A stretch of 64,000 bases of DNA from an uncultured Gammaproteobacteria bacterium (lineage in GTDB: Bacteria; Patescibacteriota; Patescibacteriia; UBA11705), in NCBI GenBank assembly GCA_964592195.1, contig CAZQEI010000002.1, positions 13,240-77,239 of the forward strand, in the 5' to 3' direction. The notes beneath the pieces are model-generated. The model worked only from the letters and a program-made list of their open reading frames with translations, was not told where the DNA came from and did not search any database. Positions 30,466 to 39,567 of this stretch are shown piece after piece; the stretch's first letter is position 1, and every line of letters starts with the position of its first letter. Both the position numbers and the translations under genes were made by a program.

Positions 30466-31821
30466 ATGAACATACGCACTAGACGCCTAATTGCCATTGT
30501 TTTCTTCTTAATCTTCATCATTGTCACCCCGACTTTAATCCTCTACACCGCTGGATATCGTTATAATATCAAAAAACAAAAGCTCAATGCTTATGGTTCT
30601 TTAGTAATCAAAACCGAGCCCAGCAATGCCCAGGTCACAGTTTCCGGCTTGGAGAAGGACTACAGTACTCCAGCGCGGATAAACAATCTGAATGAAAATA
30701 GCTATACCATAGACGTCACCAAGGATGGTTATTTCCCTTGGCGAAAAACTTTACCAGTTTTAGTGCAAGAAACCACCTTTGCAGAAGATATTATATTATT
30801 CAAAAATCAAAACCCAACCAAGTACTTTGAATCGCCATTACCTCAATCTAGTTTTCTGCCCAACTCCCAGGACTTTACCTACCTGGTTGAAAACACTCTT
30901 TACTATTTTAATATTGAAAATAAAAAAGCTGATACTTTATTTACCTTTACTAAAGATGAATCCTTGAGTGAATTAAATTGGTCAAAAGATAATAATAATT
31001 TATTAATTCACATCAAAAAGCTAAACAAACCTGATTACTTTGTAGTAATTAATAAAAATTCACCTGCCAATATAATGTATTTGCCTGCCATAGATAAACT
31101 CGCACACCGACATGTACGGTGGAGTCCCACCGACGACGGAATACTTTACACCAACACAAACAACATAATTACCAAACATGAAATTGTGGGAAGTGAAATC
31201 AAAGCTTCCAATATTTACAAGTTCGAAAAAATGTTTGTTAATGATTTTATTGTCAATAACAATGATATATACTTCGTTGCGGAACAAAATGGTAAAAACT
31301 ATATTTCCAAATTAAACATCAAAGATCCGACAATGCGTCAAAATAGAATCGAGTTAACCTCCAACGACTACACAATTGACAATTGGCAAGATCAAATCAT
31401 GGTTTTGTTTAATGAGAATAAAAAGCAATATACATTTCTTCAATCAGACCTGACCGATATCTTGTTACAAAAAAATGACTTGCTCGGTTATAAATTTAAC
31501 ACAAAAAATAACACCCAAGTATTATTATTTGATCAATCGGAAATTACGATAGCTGGCCTTGATCGCGACCATACGGAGACCACAAACATTTATCGTGTGA
31601 GTCAAGGTTTAATCGATGCTTATTGGTACCCGGAGACCAACTACATTCTTTTTAATGAAAATCATCAACTAAAAATAATCGAACTTGATCCGCGAGAAAA
31701 ACGTTTGATCATCACCACTCCGGTAGACAAAATTAATACGTTAACACTCACCAACAATGGCAAACAAGCTTTCATTATTAATCAAGATAACGAATTGTAT
31801 CAACTCGATTTGACTGATTAA
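30466..31821 (+). CDS. PEGA-domain membrane-anchored protein with propeller-like C-terminus
   Basis: TM helix, YTAGYRY, GSLVIKTEPSNA, YTIDVTKDGYFPWRK. Confidence 0.85.
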   Translation: MNIRTRRLIAIVFFLIFIIVTPTLILYTAGYRYNIKKQKLNAYGSLVIKTEPSNAQVTVSGLEKDYSTPARINNLNENSYTIDVTKDGYFPWRKTLPVLVQETTFAEDIILFKNQNPTKYFESPLPQSSFLPNSQDFTYLVENTLYYFNIENKKADTLFTFTKDESLSELNWSKDNNNLLIHIKKLNKPDYFVVINKNSPANIMYLPAIDKLAHRHVRWSPTDDGILYTNTNNIITKHEIVGSEIKASNIYKFEKMFVNDFIVNNNDIYFVAEQNGKNYISKLNIKDPTMRQNRIELTSNDYTIDNWQDQIMVLFNENKKQYTFLQSDLTDILLQKNDLLGYKFNTKNNTQVLLFDQSEITIAGLDRDHTETTNIYRVSQGLIDAYWYPETNYILFNENHQLKIIELDPREKRLIITTPVDKINTLTLTNNGKQAFIINQDNELYQLDLTD

Positions 31822-31829
31822 CTTCAAAC

Positions 31830-31861
31830 AAAAACGCCGGACTTAATTCCGGTCGTTTTTT
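31830..31861. terminator. Terminator between convergent genes
   Basis: AAAAACGCCGGA..TCCGGTCGTTTTT. Confidence 0.65.
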
Positions 31862-31876
31862 ATTTAACAAATTTCA

Positions 31877-32782
31877 CTAAATGATTGTTGGTTTTTGGTC
31901 ATTTCCGCCGGAGGCGGATCCGCCTTTGGCGGAGGTTATTAACTTTTTATACAATCTACTTACCAACGCGTAGGTCAGCGCAATAGACCAACCTTGAAAT
32001 ACGCACAAGAAAATAACCACTAAGCACACTACTAAAATCAAGAACAGCTGTCCTAGAATCATAACTTTTGCCATCATGGCTAACCAACTGAGGAACATCA
32101 TCACTATAAACAACAAATAGATTCCCACTATTTCTACCATAATAAAACCCACCAACACAAACACGCGACTCAACCAATTCATCAACATTTCTTTCGGTTG
32201 CTGCTTTAGACTCGCCAAGCTGAATTTAAGCGCAGGCCACCAACCGCTCTTGGCATTAATCAAATGATGATAGGCTGGCAATAGAATAATCGACAAGAAA
32301 ATATTATATAATAAAAACGCAATCACACACAAATTTATTATCCAGAGCGACGCATTCATTCTCACGGCCAAAACATCAATCACAATTATTGCCACCGCCG
32401 GGACATACATGAGCAAGGATAAAATTAACAGCTTCCGCCATTGGAACCAACCCGTTTTCAGACTCAGCTTGATTAAAACAGGAGCTCCCGTCTCATTGGT
32501 TTTAATGGAATTAATTAATGCGACACGACAAGAAAATGAAAAAATAATATAAGCCACAAACAACACTATAGAAATAAATGATAAAGCGTAAAACATCCAT
32601 GGCCATTGGCCGACCGGTAACCAGGAAACATTTGAGCTACTAACTAGTGAATCAAATTCATCGGAAAAAAATAAGGAAACCAAACTGATTCCCATAGAAA
32701 ACAAACCCAAAAACCATAATTTTTTATTTTTCCACACTTGATACCACGATGCAACAAAATCTTCTTTCCAATTTGTTAACAT
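31877..32782 (-). CDS. Multi-pass membrane protein; C-terminus includes palindrome-derived SAKGGSASGG
   Basis: About six TM helices; KKLWFLGLF motif. Confidence 0.75.
   Translation of the reverse strand: MLTNWKEDFVASWYQVWKNKKLWFLGLFSMGISLVSLFFSDEFDSLVSSSNVSWLPVGQWPWMFYALSFISIVLFVAYIIFSFSCRVALINSIKTNETGAPVLIKLSLKTGWFQWRKLLILSLLMYVPAVAIIVIDVLAVRMNASLWIINLCVIAFLLYNIFLSIILLPAYHHLINAKSGWWPALKFSLASLKQQPKEMLMNWLSRVFVLVGFIMVEIVGIYLLFIVMMFLSWLAMMAKVMILGQLFLILVVCLVVIFLCVFQGWSIALTYALVSRLYKKLITSAKGGSASGGNDQKPTII
31904..31933. repeat. 30-bp dimer of TCCGCCnnnGGCGGA, in frame
   Basis: TCCGCCGGAGGCGGA-TCCGCCTTTGGCGGA. Confidence 0.85.
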
Positions 32783-32851
32783 AATTTTTATTTTAATTTT
32801 ATCTCTTTTTTTGTTTTCTTGTTTTCTTGCTTTTTTGCTTTCTTTATTTAA

Positions 32852-33601
32852 TTAAACAATAAAATTTTCTTTCTTCGACTCCACTTTATTCATCTTATCC
32901 GCCACCAAGCAGGAAGCACGATGTAAAGATGGAATAGTCCCAGCATCGGTCCACCAACCCTTCAACACATCATAACTCATAGTGCCTTGGTTCACGTAAA
33001 AATTATTTACATCGGTAATTTCCAATTCACCGCGATGAGATGGTTGCAAAGTGCGAATCACACTCCACACTTGGGCGTCATATAAATATAATCCAGTTAC
33101 AGCGTAATTACTTTTTGGCTGGGCTGGTTTTTCCTCAATGCCGACAATTTTATCCCCATTGATTTCCGCCACCCCAAAACGACGGGCATCATCAACAGTT
33201 TTTAACAAAATCTTAGCGCCTTTTTCTTGCGCCTTAAAATTTTCAATCGCGTCCCCAAATTCATCTTCGAAAATATTATCTCCCAAAATTACTGCTACCT
33301 TTTCATAATCAGAAAATTTTTCACACAAACCCAAGGCCTGTGCAATACCACCGGCTTCTTCCTGCACTTCATATGAAATCTTAGCGTTGAATTCTCGTCC
33401 AGAACCTAATAGTTCAACAAAATGGCCGGCATGACCTTTTCCCGAAACAATTATAATATCTTTAATTCCAGCGTTAATCAACGTCATCAAAGGATAATAA
33501 ATCATGGGCTGATGATAAATCGGCAATAAATGTTTGTTTGTGACTTTGGTCATCGGCAAGAGCCGTGTCCCATTCCCCCCAGCGAGAATTATTCCTTTCA
33601 T
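32852..33601 (-). CDS. rfbA: Glucose-1-phosphate thymidylyltransferase (short form, SpsI/RfbA-like)
   Basis: GIILAGGNGTRL, NKHLLP, LGDN, EEKP, RGELEITD, WTDAGT. Confidence 0.88.
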   Translation of the reverse strand: MKGIILAGGNGTRLLPMTKVTNKHLLPIYHQPMIYYPLMTLINAGIKDIIIVSGKGHAGHFVELLGSGREFNAKISYEVQEEAGGIAQALGLCEKFSDYEKVAVILGDNIFEDEFGDAIENFKAQEKGAKILLKTVDDARRFGVAEINGDKIVGIEEKPAQPKSNYAVTGLYLYDAQVWSVIRTLQPSHRGELEITDVNNFYVNQGTMSYDVLKGWWTDAGTIPSLHRASCLVADKMNKVESKKENFIV

Positions 33602-33654
33602 AACATGTTGTGAGATTATAGATTATAGATTAGAGATTATTGTTTTCTACCAAT

Positions 33655-33780
33655 AACGTATCCGCTACGTATCTACGAATTTGAAGACCTGCTTTAATAT
33701 GTTACAATCTTTTAAAAGTTTTTATATTCGTTGATTTCCGCCTGAGGCGGACAGGCGTAGCCAATTTGCCATTCGTAGCG
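33655..33780. repeat. TACG/CGTA-armed hairpin element with nested micro-palindrome
   Basis: TACG units on the left, ATTCGT units on the right; TCCGCCTGAGGCGGACAGG inserted at 33737-33755. Confidence 0.7.
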
Positions 33781-33785
33781 AACAT

Positions 33786-34619
33786 TTATTTTAAATATTC
33801 TTCTAATGCAGACTGCCAGCTCCTCTGCTTCGGCAACTTCGTGTTCAACAATTGCGAATAAGCTGGGCGCGCGGCTGGACGAGGGAAATGAGAACCGGGA
33901 ACTGGAGTTAACTTGATTTCTTTATTCAAAATACGAAATATTTCCTGAGCAAAGTCATGCCATGTGCAAGCGCCTTCGTTCGCACCATGATACAAACCGA
34001 ATGGCAGTTGATTATCAAAAATATATTTGGTTAACTGTGCCAAGTCAGGAGCGTAAGTTGGAGAAGCCACTTCTTCGTGAACTAAAGTTAATTCAGTTTT
34101 TGTTTCTGCTAGTGTTCTCATCACATCGACAAAACTTTTCTTAGCTCCTTCAGAAATCGCCGGTTTACCGAAGATTCTAGACGGACGAATGATATAATAT
34201 TTTCCACCAACAGCGGCGACTGCTTGTTCACCTGCTAATTTGGAACGACCATAATTGGAAATCGGGTGAGTCACATGATTTTCATCATAACCGAATTGAT
34301 TGGAACCATCAAAAACATAGTCAGTCCCGTATTGAATAAAAGTAGTATCCAACTCTTTCGTTACTTGCGCCAAATTCCTCGGACCTTCGTAATTCACTTC
34401 GTAAGCAATTAACGGATTTTTTTCCGCCTCATCGACTGCATTGTAAGCCGCGGAATTGATAACTAAATCTGGATTTACTTCATTTAACTTTTGTCGCACC
34501 ATTTCCCGATTAACAATATCCAATTCCCTTCTGTCCCACAATAATAATTCATTATCTTTAAAAGTTGAAGCCAATTCTTGGCCGAGCATTCCGTGAGCGC
34601 CGATGATTAATATTTTCAT
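33786..34619 (-). CDS. rfbD: dTDP-4-dehydrorhamnose reductase
   Basis: GAHGMLG, TDYVFDG, YGRSKLAGE, SPTY, AARP. Confidence 0.95.
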   Translation of the reverse strand: MKILIIGAHGMLGQELASTFKDNELLLWDRRELDIVNREMVRQKLNEVNPDLVINSAAYNAVDEAEKNPLIAYEVNYEGPRNLAQVTKELDTTFIQYGTDYVFDGSNQFGYDENHVTHPISNYGRSKLAGEQAVAAVGGKYYIIRPSRIFGKPAISEGAKKSFVDVMRTLAETKTELTLVHEEVASPTYAPDLAQLTKYIFDNQLPFGLYHGANEGACTWHDFAQEIFRILNKEIKLTPVPGSHFPRPAARPAYSQLLNTKLPKQRSWQSALEEYLK

Positions 34620-34623
34620 AGAA

Positions 34624-34734
34624 TTACGAATTTACGAATCAGTTACGAATGTGTACGAATCACTGACTAAAACAATAATTCGAAAAAATTCGCAATATAT
34701 TCGTACATTCGAAATGACTGACTTATCTCGCTTA
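34624..34734 (-). repeat. 111-bp quasi-palindromic element, copy 2 (5' UTR of rfbD)
   Basis: 110/111 identical to 23640-23750. Confidence 0.92.
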
Positions 34735-34739
34735 TAAAG

Positions 34740-34767
34740 ATTTTACCAGACCCTCACTGATTGTCAA
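34740..34767 (-). promoter_or_regulatory. Sigma70-like promoter for rfbD-rfbA
   Basis: TTGACA-N16-TAAAAT with extended -10 TG. Confidence 0.65.
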
Positions 34768-34781
34768 TTTAGTTATCAACT

Positions 34782-34810
34782 AAAAAAGCGGAGGTTTCTC
34801 CGCTTATTTT
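34782..34810 (-). terminator. Intrinsic terminator
   Basis: AAGCGGAG-GTTT-CTCCGCTT flanked by A/T runs. Confidence 0.75.
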
Positions 34811-34820
34811 ACTTTATGTT

Positions 34821-36050
34821 TTATTTATCTTCCCAAAATGGCCAAGGTCCAATCTCACTAGTTGTACCATAAAAATCCAAAACTTCAAAACTAACTCCCG
34901 GTGGCAATTCATTTAAAAATAGACTCATATTCTCTGCCCATTGGAAATACAACATCATCGTCAAATCAAAGGCCGGTAACCAGGCCAACCGAGTAGTTTC
35001 AGGCAAATCCCTAAACATCATTTCTAACTTTTGAGCATAAAGAGCACCCTTTGGAGTGGGTTCAATAACTGCTGATAGAAATCTCGTCCAAGCAGTCAGT
35101 ATTTTTTCTTGACTCAGGACATCAAGAGCTCGAGGCACCTGAGTAGATTGAATAATTTGTTCCAGCCACTGTCTGTATTGATCGCGTAATATCACCATAT
35201 AACCCAAATCATATTTACCGTAAACAGAAGCATTTGATTGGCTCGATGCAAACATTCTCAAATGTTCCACCATAGTGCGACTGCCCTCAGGCTTATCTCT
35301 CAACAAGGGATTCATGTGTTGTTCAAATTCCACATCATAATGACCAATTTCTTCACCAAAATTTTTGTGCGATTTAATCAGCGTATAATAATGACGACCT
35401 ACAAAACAAGGGCCACTAGTATCCAATCTGTCTACCCAACGAGGTAAGTGAATACCAAAGATCGGTTTATCACCATCCATATCCTGGTAAGGTTCAATTA
35501 ACCGAGAAACACCATCTTTTCCTAAAATGGTAATGGGTTTTAAATAGTTCGTATGTGCGGCTACGGCGTATTGAATCAAAATTTTCTCAGCATCATTAAG
35601 TCCAAAAACATATTCAGAAAAAATCAAATCTAATAATAACGATGAAGCTTCGGCATGACGTAAAGTAGTCTCAGTTTCCGAATATCTTTCTACCAAAGCG
35701 CAGCCAACATCATGCAAAGCACCAGCGACGGCTCCAATGAATAAATGCTTAGGATCAATTTCATCTATTTTCTTAACTAACATCATCGCATGACAATAAT
35801 CTCGAATAATATGTCCCAAACTATGACCAGGTTCGATCTCATTTATTGGTAATCCTAATTTGGTCATACTCATACCAACACCGCTAATCACAGCATGGGC
35901 GCGGATTAATGCTTGGAAGCTATCATTCACTTGAACTTGATCAAACAAACGTGGATCAAATTGTCGTCTTAATGCTTGATTTTTTTCGAACGCTTCTGCT
36001 TCCGTTACCGTCAACCGATATTTCAACTTTACCTCCTTGTCCCCCGACAT
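34821..36050 (-). CDS. HD-superfamily metal-dependent phosphohydrolase-like protein
   Basis: GHSLGHIIRD, ALHDVG, RHAE, AAH, DRLD; AAGGTAG upstream. Confidence 0.75.
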   Translation of the reverse strand: MSGDKEVKLKYRLTVTEAEAFEKNQALRRQFDPRLFDQVQVNDSFQALIRAHAVISGVGMSMTKLGLPINEIEPGHSLGHIIRDYCHAMMLVKKIDEIDPKHLFIGAVAGALHDVGCALVERYSETETTLRHAEASSLLLDLIFSEYVFGLNDAEKILIQYAVAAHTNYLKPITILGKDGVSRLIEPYQDMDGDKPIFGIHLPRWVDRLDTSGPCFVGRHYYTLIKSHKNFGEEIGHYDVEFEQHMNPLLRDKPEGSRTMVEHLRMFASSQSNASVYGKYDLGYMVILRDQYRQWLEQIIQSTQVPRALDVLSQEKILTAWTRFLSAVIEPTPKGALYAQKLEMMFRDLPETTRLAWLPAFDLTMMLYFQWAENMSLFLNELPPGVSFEVLDFYGTTSEIGPWPFWEDK

Positions 36051-36092
36051 TCTGTCGAGTGGTTGTTAACGAACGCTACCTTTCATCACCAC

Positions 36093-37259
36093 TTAAATAT
36101 ATAAACTTCCACTATTGGAATTTACAACAGCTTCATTCTTTCCCTCATTCATATTCAAATTTCCAGGCACCAACCCCTCGCTTCTCGCTTCCATTTTTTC
36201 TCTTCCAGCATCCAGCTTCTCGCTTCCCGCATCCACAACCCTATTCCCAATTCCAACTTTCCCATACTGCTGTTCATAATACTTCTGATATTCCCCACTC
36301 TTCACTCGTGTCCACCACTCAGGATTATTTCTATACCAATCAATGGTTTGCGATAAACCGGTATCAAAATCCATTTGCGGACGCCAACCGAGCTCAGCCA
36401 TAGTTTTATATGGTCGGATGGAATAACGTTTATCATGACCTTTGCGATCAGCTACAAATTCAATCATGTCTTCACCCTGTCCCATTTTTTCAAGAATCTT
36501 GTAAGTAATTTCCTTGTTAGTTTTCTCACTTTGCGCGCCAATGCAATAAGTGTGTCCGGGTTTACCGTAGTGTAAAATTAAATCAATGGCAGAGTTATGA
36601 TCATCCACATGGATCCAATCGCGAATATTCATACCATTACCATACAAGGGAACTTTTTTACCTTGAATTAAATTGGTAATAAATAATGGAATAACTTTTT
36701 CCGGAAATTGATATGGTCCGTAGTTATTGGAACAATTGGAAATGGTAATTGGCAATTGATGGGTGTGCCAATATGCACGCACAATGTGATCTGAAGCCGC
36801 TTTGGAAGCTGAATATGGGCTGCGAGGATCATAGGAAGTATCTTCATGGAAAGGTGATGATTCTTCATGCAAAGATCCAAAAACTTCATCAGTGGAAATA
36901 TGATGGAACCGTTTCACTTTATTTATTCGCGCCGCTTCCAACAAAACAAAAGTCCCCACCACATTGGTGCGGATAAAGGCCTCAGCCTCGAGAATGGAAC
37001 GATCCACATGAGACTCAGCCGCGAAGTGCACCACCCAGTCCACTCCCTGCATGACATGAGTAACGAATTCCAAATTGGATATATCACCTTTGATAAACGA
37101 ATAGTTTGAATTGTTTTCAATGTCTTTTAAATTTTCCAAGTTGCCGGCATAAGTTAATTTATCAAAATTAACAATTTGATAATGCGGATATTTGCGCATC
37201 ATCTGACGAATAAAGTTGGAGCCGATAAAACCTGCTCCGCCGGTAACTAGGATTTTCAT
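36093..37259 (-). CDS. rfbB: dTDP-glucose 4,6-dehydratase with repeat-derived C-terminal extension
   Basis: TGGAGFIGSNF, HFAAESHVDRSI, STDEV, YSASK, NNYGPYQFPEK, DRKGHD. Confidence 0.96.
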   Translation of the reverse strand: MKILVTGGAGFIGSNFIRQMMRKYPHYQIVNFDKLTYAGNLENLKDIENNSNYSFIKGDISNLEFVTHVMQGVDWVVHFAAESHVDRSILEAEAFIRTNVVGTFVLLEAARINKVKRFHHISTDEVFGSLHEESSPFHEDTSYDPRSPYSASKAASDHIVRAYWHTHQLPITISNCSNNYGPYQFPEKVIPLFITNLIQGKKVPLYGNGMNIRDWIHVDDHNSAIDLILHYGKPGHTYCIGAQSEKTNKEITYKILEKMGQGEDMIEFVADRKGHDKRYSIRPYKTMAELGWRPQMDFDTGLSQTIDWYRNNPEWWTRVKSGEYQKYYEQQYGKVGIGNRVVDAGSEKLDAGREKMEARSEGLVPGNLNMNEGKNEAVVNSNSGSLYI

Positions 37260-37347
37260 ATTTGTTTTGGTTTAGTCTTTAAATCAAGTTAATCTTAAAA
37301 AAAATTGACCCTAAAGTCAATTTATTTATCCCCTGTTTATCCACTTG

Positions 37348-37902
37348 TTAACCATTATTTTGATTACTACGCAAATACTGTTGTAATTTGAAATAAGCGG
37401 CTATGGTGTTGCCGTCATGAATCTCTTCATTTTCAATCATTTTCTCCAATTCAATCAAGTTAACTTTCTGCATAGTTAAAAACTCGGTGTAATCCGGCCT
37501 AGCTTCTTTCTCCACCAATTCTCGCGCTAAAAAGACTTTGCCTTCTTGATTACTTACTCCGCTACAAAAATAGAAACTGCCTATTTCTTCCCAACTGTTG
37601 GCTTCTAAACCAAGTTCTTCCAACAATTCACGTTTGGCTGAAGCTAAAAAATCAGCATCCCCTGTTTCTTGTGATCCCATGGGAATTTCCCACGACATTT
37701 TTTGAATCGGATAACGATATTGGCCGACTAAATAAATTTCATTTTCCGGTGTTAACGCCGCAATCACCACACCAGTAGCACGATCAATATAAGTATATTT
37801 CCCCAACTGCCCAGACGGCATCAGCACATCATCTTGCATTAATCGATACCAAGGATTTTTATGAATTTCTTTGCTACTGACTTTTTCCCAATTTAAATCC
37901 AT
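37348..37902 (-). CDS. NUDIX hydrolase (ADP-ribose pyrophosphatase-like)
   Basis: QYRYP, WEIPMG, AKRELLEELG. Confidence 0.9.
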   Translation of the reverse strand: MDLNWEKVSSKEIHKNPWYRLMQDDVLMPSGQLGKYTYIDRATGVVIAALTPENEIYLVGQYRYPIQKMSWEIPMGSQETGDADFLASAKRELLEELGLEANSWEEIGSFYFCSGVSNQEGKVFLARELVEKEARPDYTEFLTMQKVNLIELEKMIENEEIHDGNTIAAYFKLQQYLRSNQNNG

Positions 37903-37904
37903 AT

Positions 37905-38297
37905 CTAGTTCAAATTATTTTTTATTTTCTCCAATAATGTTTGCGCCTCCTCGGTGGTTAACTCTTGTCGTTTAGAAAAATCAATTTGATTACCCAAACC
38001 ATTACTTGGCACCAACCAGACATGGGCATGTGGGACATCTTCTCCAAACACAAATGAACAAACATACTCAGTATTCAAAGCCACTTTCAATGCCTTGGCC
38101 ACTTTACCCACCACTTCATAATATTCACCCAAATTGGTAACATCCCATACCCAACGAAAATGCTCCTTGGGAATGACCAGGGTGTGTCCTTGACTCAATG
38201 GTTTAATATCTAAAAAAGCCAAAAACTTCTCATTTTCAAACACCTTGTAACAAGGTATCTCGCCTGCGGCGATTTTACAAAAAATGCAATTGTCCAT
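37905..38297 (-). CDS. HIT-family protein
   Basis: MDNCIFCKI, AFLDIKP, GHTLVIPK, VPHAHVW; start moved to 38297. Confidence 0.9.
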   Translation of the reverse strand: MDNCIFCKIAAGEIPCYKVFENEKFLAFLDIKPLSQGHTLVIPKEHFRWVWDVTNLGEYYEVVGKVAKALKVALNTEYVCSFVFGEDVPHAHVWLVPSNGLGNQIDFSKRQELTTEEAQTLLEKIKNNLN

Positions 38298-38398
38298 ATG
38301 TGTTGTCATTGACCATTGATCATGGATCATTGATCACGTTAATACTAATTTTTTTGCTTTATTGTTTTTTTGATTTCTTGCTTTCTTACTTCATTCTC

Positions 38399-38980
38399 TC
38401 ACGCACCTAGCCGCAACAAACTCAACATCGCAAACAACACTGCGCCATATAGCAACCATTGACCGACTAATAACGCCCAGGGGAAAATAAAAATTAAACC
38501 CAAGAAAATAAAACCAATCCCAAAAACTTGCAGATTCAATTTTATTTTGCCAAACATATTGGCTTTGAATGACAACTTAATTCCTGTTAAATGAACAATT
38601 ATCCCCATCAAAATCACCAAAGCATCCAGGCCAACTAATATAATGGCTAAATAAAAATTAACCTTCAACAAAAGCACAATCACAGCTGAGGCAATCAAAA
38701 GTTTATCCGCGATAGGATCTAACAATGTTCCCAAATCGGTAATTTGATTTCTCCCTCGAGCCAAGGCTCCATCGAACATGTCGGTTAATGCTAAACAGGC
38801 AAATAAAACCAAAGATCCTAAATGAAACCCTTGCCATAGCAAATACACCATGAACGGTATTCCAATCAATCGGACAATAGTTAAATGGTTTGGTTTGATC
38901 CATTCTGGAATTAACGGAAAAAACAGTTTACAAAAACCATCATAAAAATTTTCTACTTTTTGTTTTCCCTCGATTGTCAT
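38399..38980 (-). CDS. CDP-alcohol phosphatidyltransferase
   Basis: PNHLTIVR, TDMFDGALAR, GTLLDPIADK; alternative start 39022. Confidence 0.9.
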   Translation of the reverse strand: MTIEGKQKVENFYDGFCKLFFPLIPEWIKPNHLTIVRLIGIPFMVYLLWQGFHLGSLVLFACLALTDMFDGALARGRNQITDLGTLLDPIADKLLIASAVIVLLLKVNFYLAIILVGLDALVILMGIIVHLTGIKLSFKANMFGKIKLNLQVFGIGFIFLGLIFIFPWALLVGQWLLYGAVLFAMLSLLRLGA

Positions 38981-39009
38981 ATTTGTTTTGTTAATATCTG
39001 GATCCTCTC

Positions 39010-39090
39010 CTACGAATGACATATTTGCTACGAAACTACGAATATAGCTTTTTCGATACGTAGATTCGTAGCTGATTCGTTATTGGTAGT
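39010..39090. repeat. CTACGAA/TTCGTAG-armed hairpin element
   Basis: Three CTACGAA units facing ATACGTAG/ATTCGTAG/ATTCGTT units. Confidence 0.7.
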
Positions 39091-39096
39091 AAACAA

Positions 39097-39552
39097 TTAT
39101 CTATTTTGGGTAACCCAATCAAACCCAATCTTCGGATCGTCAAAATCAATGCGTTCTTCATCAGGTTCTGCAGGATTGTAGGCTTCGCTGGTATGATAGA
39201 ATAAACCCACTTTTTCATTACCCAAAACACGATAACCATGTGCCACACCGGGTGGAATAGAAATTAACACGGGATTATCTACACCAGAGCAGATCACTTG
39301 TGTTTGACCTTTAGTTTCTGAATCTTCACGCAAATCATGCAATACAACTTGCGCCATACCTTTGATCACAAACCACATATCCCATTGTTTTTTGTGCCAA
39401 TGAAAAGCTTTGATGACTCCGGGATGAGTTTCCGTATAGCTGGTTTGCTTCACTTCATGAAAAGTTTCTTCACCAAATTTAATCACTTCAGTAAAAAAAC
39501 CACGATCATCACAATATTTTTTTAAAGTTTTAACACTTACACCATTGATCAT
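39097..39552 (-). CDS. rfbC: dTDP-4-dehydrorhamnose 3,5-epimerase-like (SpsL/RfbC family)
   Basis: DDRGFFTE, PGVIKAFHWH, IPPGVAHGY. Confidence 0.85.
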   Translation of the reverse strand: MINGVSVKTLKKYCDDRGFFTEVIKFGEETFHEVKQTSYTETHPGVIKAFHWHKKQWDMWFVIKGMAQVVLHDLREDSETKGQTQVICSGVDNPVLISIPPGVAHGYRVLGNEKVGLFYHTSEAYNPAEPDEERIDFDDPKIGFDWVTQNR

Positions 39553-39567
39553 ATATTTTTAGTTAAT

